From contig JAWBON010000036.1 of NCBI GenBank assembly GCA_038826135.1, positions 1 through 11,776 on the forward strand: 11,776 bases of DNA, read 5' to 3'. Within the stretch, counting starts at the first letter, position 1; each line of letters begins with the position of its first letter. Below are positions 1 through 8,341 of the stretch, piece by piece. The translations under genes and the position numbers were made by a program. Source of the DNA: Candidatus Odinarchaeota archaeon (GTDB lineage Archaea; Asgardarchaeota; Odinarchaeia; Odinarchaeales; Odinarchaeaceae). Below the pieces are notes generated by a model that ran no database searches, was not told the DNA's origin, and worked only from the letters and a program-made list of their open reading frames with translations.

Positions 1-1611
1 CCGTCCGTCCTCGCTTAAGAAGTTTTCAAGCGTTGGTTGGATTCGCTGATCAGTATGATAAACAGGTAAAGCGTTTTTAACTATGCTTCTCAGACTCTTC
101 TGCTTACTAGTAACCATCCAGTAATAGCTTTCATCCCTAGTACCCTTAGTTAAAAGTATTATTACAGTTCCCGGTGTTCTCCTACCAGTTCTACCCTTCC
201 TCTGAATATAACGGATTACACTTGGAGCGAAATCATAGAAGACGACAAGGTCGCATTCATGAATATCCAGCCCCTCCTCTGCAACACTTGTAGCGACTAA
301 GACGTTAACAGCTCCCTCTTTGAATTCATTTAGAATTTTCAACTGCTCACGTTGCGATATCCCTCTGTCACCCGATCTGGTAGCTTGACCTATGAATCTC
401 TTAGCTTTAACACGAGTTTCCCTATTAAGGGTTTCAGCCAGAAGCATAGCTAGCTCTCGATATTGACAGAATATTATTATCCTTGATTTAGGGTTGTTAA
501 ACAGCCAGGCAGAGACTTCTCGAATAATATAGTCGAATTTAGGATGTGTTACGCCTTGAGCTATTAGTCTCTGAATATCTTCGCGAATCTTTTTAACAGC
601 CGGTTTTAATAATAGTGTTTTAACCGCCCGTGAGGCGCCTGGCCTTACACTTTCTTTCTCTAATTTATCAAAATATTTTTTTAGGATAACGAGCCCTTGG
701 GTTTCTATAAGATCCAGGGCATGAGAGATTCGGAAGGCTTCAGCTACTATTGATGAAGCGGCTAATAATATTGAACTATTAGTAGCCTGTTTATCAATCG
801 ATTGCCTCAGCTTAGCTTGCAATTCAAGCAATGCTTTTTTACTCATAAATTTTTTTGAATTTGAGGGTATGAAGTTATTATTAACTAAAAATTCATAGTG
901 AGCTTTCAACATGCTTTCTAATTCTTTCTTAATAGTTATCATATTTTCAGGCAAATCTAGTTTAATCCATGAAATATTTGTAGAAACTATATAGGGTTTA
1001 ACATCGCTTGAACTTTCGTCGCGAACCTCTATATTAGATATGAATAGATTTCGACATATCTCGTTAATTTTATCTGCTGACGAACCCGGCGAAGCGGTGA
1101 GAGCTAGAATCAACGGATATTTGGAGTTCTCCATGTAAATTTTAGCAATATTCGGATAAGGGTAATCCCCTATACTTCGATGAGCTTCATCGAATATTAT
1201 GAGGGATACCTCTGAAATTGAGGTTCTTTTTAACAGAAGATCGTTTTCTAATATCTGGGGTGTTGTGAAAAAGATAACCCCCTTATTCCATAATTCAACT
1301 CGTTCACTAGGCTTAATCTCACCTGTTAACACAAGCATTTTATCAGCAGGCGTGTTCATAACGGAATTAAACGTATTATAATGCTGCACAACCAGAGGTT
1401 TAGTAGGGGCTAGGAGAATGCATTTACTCCCTTGAAATTTACTAATCCTATAAGCTGCAACCAAAGCAGCTATAAGTGTTTTCCCTAAACCTGTGGGAAG
1501 TATTACCAGTGTGTTTTTCTCTATCGCTGAGGCTAAAATAGTCTCTTGATAGAGACGCCTCTCAATCGTATTCTTCTTTATCAGAGGATGCTCGAAATAA
1601 TTACTAGACAT
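1..1611 (-). CDS. hef: Hef/FANCM (ERCC4-associated) superfamily 2 DEAH helicase, 3'-truncated by the window edge (537 codons visible)
   Basis: Translated by hand; missing from the ORF track because the stop lies outside the window. ATG at 1611-1609 and no in-frame stop down to base 1. N-terminus MSSNYFEHPLIKKNTIERRLYQETI; motif I LPTGLGKT, Ia APTKPLVVQH, II IIFDEAH, III TASPG, IV IIIFCQYRE, V ATSVAEEGLDI, VI QRKGRTGR. Confidence 0.93.
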   Translation of the reverse strand, partial: MSSNYFEHPLIKKNTIERRLYQETILASAIEKNTLVILPTGLGKTLIAALVAAYRISKFQGSKCILLAPTKPLVVQHYNTFNSVMNTPADKMLVLTGEIKPSERVELWNKGVIFFTTPQILENDLLLKRTSISEVSLIIFDEAHRSIGDYPYPNIAKIYMENSKYPLILALTASPGSSADKINEICRNLFISNIEVRDESSSDVKPYIVSTNISWIKLDLPENMITIKKELESMLKAHYEFLVNNNFIPSNSKKFMSKKALLELQAKLRQSIDKQATNSSILLAASSIVAEAFRISHALDLIETQGLVILKKYFDKLEKESVRPGASRAVKTLLLKPAVKKIREDIQRLIAQGVTHPKFDYIIREVSAWLFNNPKSRIIIFCQYRELAMLLAETLNRETRVKAKRFIGQATRSGDRGISQREQLKILNEFKEGAVNVLVATSVAEEGLDIHECDLVVFYDFAPSVIRYIQRKGRTGRRTPGTVIILLTKGTRDESYYWMVTSKQKSLRSIVKNALPVYHTDQRIQPTLENFLSEDGR

Positions 1612-1812
1612 GAAACGTCATACCGTAAACACTATCGTAATTAATATAATCTACAACTTCTTATTTAATCATTCAGTAAATAATTTTCTCCGCTAGTTTT
1701 TGAATCCGATAAAGTTAAATTAAATTACTATAATAATATAAGTGTAATTAATATTTTAGTCGGTTTATTTTAATCCAGAAAAGGTTGTATAATAATTTAA
1801 CGAGGGATAGAA
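1612..1812. promoter_or_regulatory. Divergent AT-rich promoter region (hef / PRC-barrel gene)
   Basis: 201-bp non-coding, very AT-rich gap between divergent starts with several TATA-like words; no single TATA box can be pinned down. Confidence 0.5.
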
Positions 1813-2142
1813 TTGCAAACAGAGGATGCTAAGAAGATTAGCGCTGAATTATATGAACTTAATATGCCCGGCCAGCTTATAGGTAAAGAGGTTGTTGATT
1901 CTAAAGCGAGGAGGATAGGCGTTGTTAGAAATCTAAGAGTTTCAATACCGCCTATTAAAACAGAGCTTATTGTTAAAGGATTGGATGTTGAATTTCCAGT
2001 CAACATTGAGAATATAAGCACGGTAGGGACCGTGATACAGTTAAATATAGCGGTTAAGGAAGCTGAGGAAATAGAGATACATGATATATTGAAGCTGAGA
2101 AAAGAGATCTGGGATGAAATAAAAAATTGTTTTGAGAGTTAG
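1813..2142 (+). CDS. PRC-barrel domain protein (109 aa, TTG start)
   Basis: LIGKEVVDSKARRIGVVRNL matches the PRC-barrel N-terminal pattern (L-x-G-K-x-V-x-D-x-x-G/A-x-x-(I/L)-G-x-V). GAGGGA SD-like sequence lies just upstream of the TTG. Confidence 0.75.
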   Translation: MQTEDAKKISAELYELNMPGQLIGKEVVDSKARRIGVVRNLRVSIPPIKTELIVKGLDVEFPVNIENISTVGTVIQLNIAVKEAEEIEIHDILKLRKEIWDEIKNCFES

Positions 2143-2182
2143 AGGACAGTGTCCTTATTCTTAATTTTAAACGGGGAACTAA

Positions 2183-4120
2183 ATGGGTAAATTCTTTCTA
2201 GGCCCTCTTATTTTAAAATGGTGTAAAAAATGTAATATACCGATTCTTTTAAAAAATAAATGCGGTAAATGCGGCTGTAAAACTTTAAATGTTGATATAA
2301 CACCACCCGGGGATATAAGACCGGCGTTCGAAGGGGATCTATCAATCATCAGAGAAACACTTAACCAGCAGTATGGTGAGGGCGTTGGTGCAAAACTCAT
2401 CCCCGATGATAAGATAATAATATTAAATAAAATAGGTTCAATGGAAAGAAGCGATGAGATAATATTAGATGGCAAGGTACTAGGTATTCTAGAGTTTAAC
2501 CCTGTTTCCTTAACTTGGTCTTTCATACCGAGACTTGAAGCGGCCAGAAGGCTTGCGAATATAAGATTGAAAAAATACGTTGTTGTAGACGAGGGGGCTG
2601 AGAAGCACATCATAGCGGGGGCGAATGTGCTTGCTCCAGGTATTATTGAATATGACCCTGATATTATAAAAGAAGATTATGTTACAATCCTGAACCGTAA
2701 TATGAAAGTTATCGGCGTAGGCATATCTAAGCTAAACGGCCGGGAGTATAATAATTTACAAAAAGGCATGGTAGTGAAAACTAAGAAGACGAGCCCCCCG
2801 ACGGATAGCGCGGTTTTAAAAGGAGGGCAGACTTGGAAAGACGTTCTTGTAGCTAATAAAAAACATTTAGAGAGTAAAATAGATAAAGCTACATCTATAA
2901 TTAAGAGAGCGGTTTCCATTTATAATAAGCCAGCTGTTGTATCGTTCAGCGGTGGAAAGGACAGTCAATGTGTTCTTTTACTTGTAAAAGAAGCCCTCGG
3001 CGACGCTTTCTGGGTTATGTTCATAGATACAGGTATTGAATTCGCAGAAACAGTTAACCATGTTAAACATATAATTGATTCTTTAGAATTAAAAGATAAG
3101 TTTATTTATAAGAGAGCGCGCGGCGATTTCTGGACGGAGCTGGGTAAATTCGGCCCGCCTGCAAGAGATTTCAGATATTGCTGTAAAATACTAAAATTAT
3201 CCGCGGTTACTGAAACAATAGAAGAATATTTTAAAGAAGATATTATAAACTTCACAGGGCAGAGAAGATATGAATCAATACCACGATCAAGAGAAAAAAC
3301 CATCTGGATTAACCCTTACGTACCGAACCAGATAAATGTAGCGCCTATAAGGGAGTGGACGGCTCTACATGTATGGTTATACTTGTACTGGAAGAGTTCC
3401 CCATTAAACCCTCTTTATAATAAAGGTTATGAGCGAATCGGTTGCATGTTCTGTCCAGCTACCAAACTCTCAGAGTTGAATACGATGAAGAGAACACACC
3501 CCGAAGATTACAATAAATGGATTAATTTTCTGAAGAAATGGGCTTCTGAATACGGTTTGAGCGAAAAATGGGCGACCTACGGCCTTTGGAGATGGAAGAC
3601 ACTTGGACCGAAACAGAGAGAATTAGCTAACATATTAAATATTGATATTAAAAGTGTTAAAAAATCAGCTGGGGGGAAACTTAAATTCACAGTTACAGCC
3701 GGTATAAGCCCGTGTAAATCAGGCGGTTATGTTGTAGAGGGTAAGTTTAACACAGGATTAGATTTAGCAAAAATTACTTTAAGTCTACTTTCATTAGGGA
3801 CCCCAAAATATAGTGAAAATCTAGGCGTAGTATATTTAAAAAACAGAGATTACACTTTAACTCTTTTCGCGGAGGGGAGTTTAAAACTTAATATATCAGC
3901 GAAGGAGATGGAGAGAGAAGTTCTAGATAAAATAATAAAATTAATAGTTAGAGCAGTTATGTGCAGTGAATGCAATATTTGCGTAAAAGTTTGTCCGAAA
4001 TCAGCGATAAAAATAAAGTCCGGTGAGATAATTATAGATAAATCTAAATGTGTTAACTGCCTTAAATGTCTTGATAATTGCCCGGTTATAAATTACACTA
4101 TCCCAGATATATTCGAATAG
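2183..4120 (+). CDS. PAPS/APS-reductase-family (PP-loop) protein with N-terminal Zn ribbon, PUA domain and C-terminal 2x[4Fe-4S] ferredoxin domain
   Basis: CKKC...CGKC near the N-terminus; PUA-like VVVDEGAEKHIIAGANVLAPGII; PP-loop SFSGGKDS; FIDTGIEF; YCCK plus RIGCMFCP; GQRRYES; two CxxCxxCxxxCP motifs (CSECNICVKVCP, CVNCLKCLDNCP). Substrate unknown. Confidence 0.85.
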   Translation: MGKFFLGPLILKWCKKCNIPILLKNKCGKCGCKTLNVDITPPGDIRPAFEGDLSIIRETLNQQYGEGVGAKLIPDDKIIILNKIGSMERSDEIILDGKVLGILEFNPVSLTWSFIPRLEAARRLANIRLKKYVVVDEGAEKHIIAGANVLAPGIIEYDPDIIKEDYVTILNRNMKVIGVGISKLNGREYNNLQKGMVVKTKKTSPPTDSAVLKGGQTWKDVLVANKKHLESKIDKATSIIKRAVSIYNKPAVVSFSGGKDSQCVLLLVKEALGDAFWVMFIDTGIEFAETVNHVKHIIDSLELKDKFIYKRARGDFWTELGKFGPPARDFRYCCKILKLSAVTETIEEYFKEDIINFTGQRRYESIPRSREKTIWINPYVPNQINVAPIREWTALHVWLYLYWKSSPLNPLYNKGYERIGCMFCPATKLSELNTMKRTHPEDYNKWINFLKKWASEYGLSEKWATYGLWRWKTLGPKQRELANILNIDIKSVKKSAGGKLKFTVTAGISPCKSGGYVVEGKFNTGLDLAKITLSLLSLGTPKYSENLGVVYLKNRDYTLTLFAEGSLKLNISAKEMEREVLDKIIKLIVRAVMCSECNICVKVCPKSAIKIKSGEIIIDKSKCVNCLKCLDNCPVINYTIPDIFE

Positions 4121-4126
4121 TGAGTT

Positions 4127-4133
4127 GGAGGTG
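4127..4133 (+). promoter_or_regulatory. Shine-Dalgarno site of the HD gene
   Basis: GGAGGTG at 4127-4133, 5 nt before the TTG at 4139. Confidence 0.7.
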
Positions 4134-4138
4134 TATTT

Positions 4139-5404
4139 TTGCAATTAAAAAAATGGTGGGGGTTTATTAAAGACCCTGTGTTCGGGTACATACATTTCAC
4201 TCCCGAGGAGAAAAATGTGATCGACACTAAAACTTTTCAACGGCTTATAAGAATAAGACAGCTAGCGGGTGCAGAGTATGTTTACCCTGGTGCTAATCAC
4301 ACCCGCTTCGAGCATTCTCTGGGTGTTATGTACTTAGCAGGGGAATTATCTAAAAATCTTGAAAGCGTTAGAGAAGAGGAATTAGAGGAGATTCGGCTAG
4401 CAGGATTATTACATGATATTGGGCATGGCGCGTTCTCCCATATTTTTGAAGCTGTTCTTAACAAGTTTTTTAAAATAAACCATGAGGATATGACTAGAAA
4501 ATTGATCAGAGACGGCGAATTAAAAGATATTATAAGCGATGCGGGTTATAACCCTGAAAGAATCAGTAGGCTAGCAGTCGGCCAGCTTAATGATAGAAAT
4601 AAAGAATACTTAGACCAGATATTGAGAAGCACAGTTGACGCTGATAAAATGGATTATATAGTTAGAGATTCGTATCATACTGGTGCAGGGTACTCCGCCG
4701 ATGTCTGGCGTCTGATATATACGATGGAGGTTGTGAATAATAAATTAAGTGTAAGTTCCACTGCGATATATACACTAGAAGCTTTTTTACTGGCAAGAGT
4801 TGAATCCTTTAAAAGCATCTATTTCCATAAAACCGCGCGCGCAGCTCAGATAATGATAGGCAACGCGCTGATTAAAGCATACGAGGATGAGCCTTTCTTT
4901 TCACTTAATAATTTAGATGAGTATATTGAACTAACAGATTACACGGTTTGGCCGATTTTAAAAAGATCTAAAAAAGCAGCTCCAATAGTGGATGATCTTG
5001 AACATCGCCGCCTCCTTAAAAGCGTGTACGAGAATATAGTTATAACTAAAGAGAATTTAGCTACAAGAATATTCAGTAAAGAACAGATAAAAGCCAGTAT
5101 TGAAAAGGAAATAGCTGAGGAGGCGGGGGTGGCTGAAGATGATGTTGTAATCGATAGCCCTCTTGTACCTTCAGTACCCTACGCCTATTCCTCAAAAGAG
5201 GAGAGATTCGAGGTACCGGTATTCGATAAGAAGACGAATAGTTTACTTGAGCCGGGAAGCGAGGTTTCAAAGATAATAGAGGCTATGAGAGGATATCTTA
5301 ACGTATTAAGAGTTTACACTATAGCGGAGCACAGGGAGAAAGTTAAAAAAGCAGCTTTAAAGATTTTAACCAGTGAACCCTATGAGTTGAAAATAGCTAC
5401 TTAG
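4139..5404 (+). CDS. HD-domain phosphohydrolase, COG1078/SAMHD1-like putative dNTP triphosphohydrolase (TTG start)
   Basis: IKDPVFGYI, FQRLIRIRQL, YPGANHTRFEHSLG, LLHDIGHGAFSH, DADKMDYIVRDSYHTG and YFHKTARAA motifs; strong SD GGAGGTG 5 nt upstream. Confidence 0.85.
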   Translation: MQLKKWWGFIKDPVFGYIHFTPEEKNVIDTKTFQRLIRIRQLAGAEYVYPGANHTRFEHSLGVMYLAGELSKNLESVREEELEEIRLAGLLHDIGHGAFSHIFEAVLNKFFKINHEDMTRKLIRDGELKDIISDAGYNPERISRLAVGQLNDRNKEYLDQILRSTVDADKMDYIVRDSYHTGAGYSADVWRLIYTMEVVNNKLSVSSTAIYTLEAFLLARVESFKSIYFHKTARAAQIMIGNALIKAYEDEPFFSLNNLDEYIELTDYTVWPILKRSKKAAPIVDDLEHRRLLKSVYENIVITKENLATRIFSKEQIKASIEKEIAEEAGVAEDDVVIDSPLVPSVPYAYSSKEERFEVPVFDKKTNSLLEPGSEVSKIIEAMRGYLNVLRVYTIAEHREKVKKAALKILTSEPYELKIAT

Positions 5405-5811
5405 AAATTTATTTCTATAAGCCCGTTATCAGCATCAACCCGAACTTTATCACCGCTCTTAACCTTCTTCATATCACTCTCCGATACACCGTCAATTAAA
5501 GGTATACCCGCTAGTATACAACCTGCGGCGATGATCGGCTCAGTTTCTATGTTCACAATTGCTTTAGGAGCGACACTATTCTTAGACATTTGGTAAATAA
5601 CATAGGAACCTACTGTACTCCCTTTACCATATGGGAAAAAAAGTATCTTATCTTTAACCAGCTCACCGAAAAGTTCATGATCTTTCTCCATAACTCTCCC
5701 AGTTTTAGGATCCACACCACCGTAGAATGAAATCGGTGTTTTTGAAACTAAAGCCTCACCTTCAGCAAGACCTTTACACACACCTCTACCTTTAAGAATC
5801 ATATCTATCAC
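5401..5811 (-). CDS. acnX: Aconitase X swivel subunit; probable phosphomevalonate dehydratase small subunit
   Basis: AEGEALVSKTPISFYGGVDPKTG, FPYGKGSTVGS (conserved Ser loop) and APKAI...EPIIAAG...IPLID. The start is either GTG at 5811 (4-nt overlap with the upstream stop) or ATG at 5802. Confidence 0.9.
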   Translation of the reverse strand: MIDMILKGRGVCKGLAEGEALVSKTPISFYGGVDPKTGRVMEKDHELFGELVKDKILFFPYGKGSTVGSYVIYQMSKNSVAPKAIVNIETEPIIAAGCILAGIPLIDGVSESDMKKVKSGDKVRVDADNGLIEINF

Positions 5812-7004
5812 TTTATTACAAGCTTTACAGACTCCTCTAGCGAGGTTAATGTTGAAGGAATTTTACATGTTGCTGGAACATAGTGAGCGGCTTTAGCTGA
5901 ATTAGTCGCTAAGCCAGCATATCCCATTCGCTCTAAGGGAGCTACTACCATACAAGTATCAGCGGCGATTATACCCCCAGCGGCCTCTATTATTTTAGAG
6001 TAGCCTAATCTATCACAGATAAATTTATTCAAAGACGATGTGCATACCCATAAAGCCTTACCGGATTTTATTTTTTTATTTTCAAGCAAAATTGCAATCT
6101 GCCTTATTTCATTAACAGTCGCATGGGGGCAGCCTAAAGTGACTATATCCACTTCGCTGGATTGGTTAAAACGCTCTAGTGTAGTTTTTAACTCCAAGTC
6201 TGTTACTTCTATCTTATCCTCTTTATCACTATAAGACCAGCCTTCAGGGATAGGGGTAAGCTTGTAAAGATAATAGAGGGCGATATTGCCGGAGGAGGCC
6301 GCTGACGCGCATAAGGACTTAGCACCTTCTAAAGTATATGATGTAACCCCCTCTATTAAGGGGATTCCTTTAGTTACAGTGCTTCCAATGTAGTAGCCTA
6401 GAAGACTATAATCTAAGACGGAGTTTAAAGCTGTTTTTACCTTGACAACCACGGTGGGTAGTCTATTCTCATCTAAATGAAGCCCGTAATTCGGTGTTTT
6501 ACCGACTAGTGCAGAGGCTAAAGAGATCGGCCCGCCCTCACGATTAGTTTTAGCTCCGATTATAGAGTTAGCGAAGCTTACAGCTGATGATTCAGCCCAG
6601 GATATATGCTCTCCTCTAAGCGGTAAGTTACCTATCAAATATGGTGTACAAGTGCATGAAGGTATAGCCCCCATTCTTGTCAGGCTTCTAATGATTTTCA
6701 ACTGCTTCCTGGCGAATGAGGGGGGTATCCTCATCTTAACCCATTCTTTAAAATCCATACCCGCCGGGTTTAAAGTAGCGATTGTTTTTATTCTACCGTT
6801 AAAACGCTCCATATCCTGTATAAATTCTAAACCGGCGTCTCCAATATTCTTATAAGATATGCCAGATATCTGGGAGCTTTTAATATCCAGCAAACGGTCA
6901 GCTTTGAATATATCACCTAAGGTGACTATAAGACTCATCGCCTTTTGCAATGCAAAACCATATTCACCCGCTAAAATCTTCTCTTCTTCCCTGTTCAGAT
7001 ACAT
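5808..7004 (-). CDS. acnX: Aconitase X catalytic subunit; probable phosphomevalonate dehydratase large (Fe-S) subunit
   Basis: MYLNREEEKILAGEYG start, SGISYKNIGDAG, SCTCTPY, WAESSAVSFANSIIGAKTNREGG, LGCPH, DTCMVV and ATNSAKAAHY; candidate Fe-S Cys ligands present; adjacent to swivel subunit and ubiD/ubiX. Confidence 0.9.
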   Translation of the reverse strand: MYLNREEEKILAGEYGFALQKAMSLIVTLGDIFKADRLLDIKSSQISGISYKNIGDAGLEFIQDMERFNGRIKTIATLNPAGMDFKEWVKMRIPPSFARKQLKIIRSLTRMGAIPSCTCTPYLIGNLPLRGEHISWAESSAVSFANSIIGAKTNREGGPISLASALVGKTPNYGLHLDENRLPTVVVKVKTALNSVLDYSLLGYYIGSTVTKGIPLIEGVTSYTLEGAKSLCASAASSGNIALYYLYKLTPIPEGWSYSDKEDKIEVTDLELKTTLERFNQSSEVDIVTLGCPHATVNEIRQIAILLENKKIKSGKALWVCTSSLNKFICDRLGYSKIIEAAGGIIAADTCMVVAPLERMGYAGLATNSAKAAHYVPATCKIPSTLTSLEESVKLVIK

Positions 7005-7018
7005 ATTGTTCCCAACTG

Positions 7019-8341
7019 TTAAATCTCGTCAAGATTGAGATTATGGGGTATAGTGCCTTTTAAAAATACTTCTTTAGGTTTAGTTAACGTTCTCGTAGCG
7101 TCAACCCCTATCTTGCTGGTTAACCCTGTTTGAGGATCTCCCGAAGGGTCTAGTGTTGATCCGCGTGCGTTTGAAACCACAACTATACCTTTCTCACCCT
7201 GCAATCTTGTGGCTATAGCCCACTCCACCTCTTCCATGTTATATGGATCAATATCTTCATCAACCACCACCACATGTTTTAAAGACGGGTGCCCTGAAAA
7301 AGCCGCGAAAATAACGTTTTTCCCATCGCCATCTGTTTGCTTAGTTACGCTAACAACAGCGTGAAGCCACCCCGTTCCGCCTAGTGTAAGATTAACACCC
7401 CTAACCTCAGGCACAACGTTTTTAACATGCTCGTAAATCTTCACCTCTCTGAATAATCCCATAAGTAATTTATGCTCCGCCCCTGCTGGTAATAAACCAT
7501 GGTAAAGCGGGTTTGATCTATGGTAGATTTGTTTAACTTCAACAAGAGGTTGTTTTCTAACCTCATCGTATGTTCCTGTAATATCTAGAAAAGGACCTTC
7601 CTCAACATCTTCGGAAAGGATACTGGCTTCTATAACTATTTCAGAATGAGATGGAACCTGGATTTCAGTATTAGGCGTTTTACAAACCGTTAACTGCTGG
7701 TTTAAAAGCGTGTTAGCTACATGCATCTCGTCAAAGTTGAAAGGCACCGGTGCTGATGCGCTGAGCGCTACTAGTGGATTCACACCTATAGCTATCGCAA
7801 CAGGTAAAGCCTGTTTTTTAACCCTGCATTTTTGGTAAATAGAATATAAATGTCTTGGAACGATTCTTATCGCTAAATGGTTTTTATCCACCATCATTAA
7901 TCTATGAATTGAAGCGTTCTGGATGCCTGTATCCGGATTCTTAACATAAACTATTCCAGATGTGATATATGGTGCACGATCTTTTTCAAAGAAGGTTAAT
8001 ATCGGTAGCTTTGTCAAATCATCTTTTAAGGTATTATCGTAGAAATCGCCCTCAGAAACCAGCTTTGGTTTGCTAGGGTTGGATATCCCCGATAATAGTT
8101 TATTATAAAAATCAGCGATATTATTTACATTAAGCAAATCCATGTAAATCCTTCTAGAACCAGCAAAACCGGAGATAACATGAATCCTATGGTTTTTAAC
8201 CCTGTTGAATATTAAAACAGGCCCATTGTCATACTTCTTCATAACGGCTGGTATTTCGAATCTGGTTGAAAGCTCACGGTTAATTTCTTTAATCATGTTT
8301 AAACCCCTAAGTTTATCGATATAATCTCTGAGATCAATCAT
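7019..8341 (-). CDS. ubiD: UbiD-family prFMN-dependent decarboxylase; probable trans-anhydromevalonate 5-phosphate decarboxylase
   Basis: PYITSG, NASIHR, AIAIG, SEIVIE, EEGPFLDITGTYD, KHVVVVDEDID, VEWAIATR, GSTLDPS and KIGVDAT motifs. Substrate assigned from AcnX/UbiX context. Confidence 0.88.
   Translation of the reverse strand: MIDLRDYIDKLRGLNMIKEINRELSTRFEIPAVMKKYDNGPVLIFNRVKNHRIHVISGFAGSRRIYMDLLNVNNIADFYNKLLSGISNPSKPKLVSEGDFYDNTLKDDLTKLPILTFFEKDRAPYITSGIVYVKNPDTGIQNASIHRLMMVDKNHLAIRIVPRHLYSIYQKCRVKKQALPVAIAIGVNPLVALSASAPVPFNFDEMHVANTLLNQQLTVCKTPNTEIQVPSHSEIVIEASILSEDVEEGPFLDITGTYDEVRKQPLVEVKQIYHRSNPLYHGLLPAGAEHKLLMGLFREVKIYEHVKNVVPEVRGVNLTLGGTGWLHAVVSVTKQTDGDGKNVIFAAFSGHPSLKHVVVVDEDIDPYNMEEVEWAIATRLQGEKGIVVVSNARGSTLDPSGDPQTGLTSKIGVDATRTLTKPKEVFLKGTIPHNLNLDEI

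Noticed and set aside
1199-1381. 60-aa plus-strand ORF from the track
   Set aside because: Antisense shadow of hef, with no motif.
1637-1754. Direct repeat GTAATTAATAT at 1637-1647 and 1744-1754
   Set aside because: Only two copies of an almost all-AT 11-mer in very AT-rich DNA; compatible with chance, and not a CRISPR or iteron array.
1797-3303. Minus-strand track ORFs 1797-2021, 2179-2613, 2677-2919 and 3106-3303
   Set aside because: Antisense shadows of the PRC-barrel and PAPS-reductase-like genes, with Ser/Leu/Ile-rich shadow composition.
2183-5404. PAPS-reductase-like plus HD genes as a DNA phosphorothioation (DndC/SspD) or other defence module
   Set aside because: PUA and ferredoxin fusions are not DndC features, no DndD/DndE/Ssp partners are present, and the context is housekeeping.
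4139-5404. HD hydrolase as the DMAP-generating phosphatase for UbiX
   Set aside because: It is on the opposite strand in a different transcription unit, and its motifs fit the COG1078 nucleotide triphosphohydrolase type.
5073-6855. Track ORFs 5073-5270 (-), 6040-6234 (+) and 6652-6855 (+)
   Set aside because: Antisense to well-supported HD and acnX genes.
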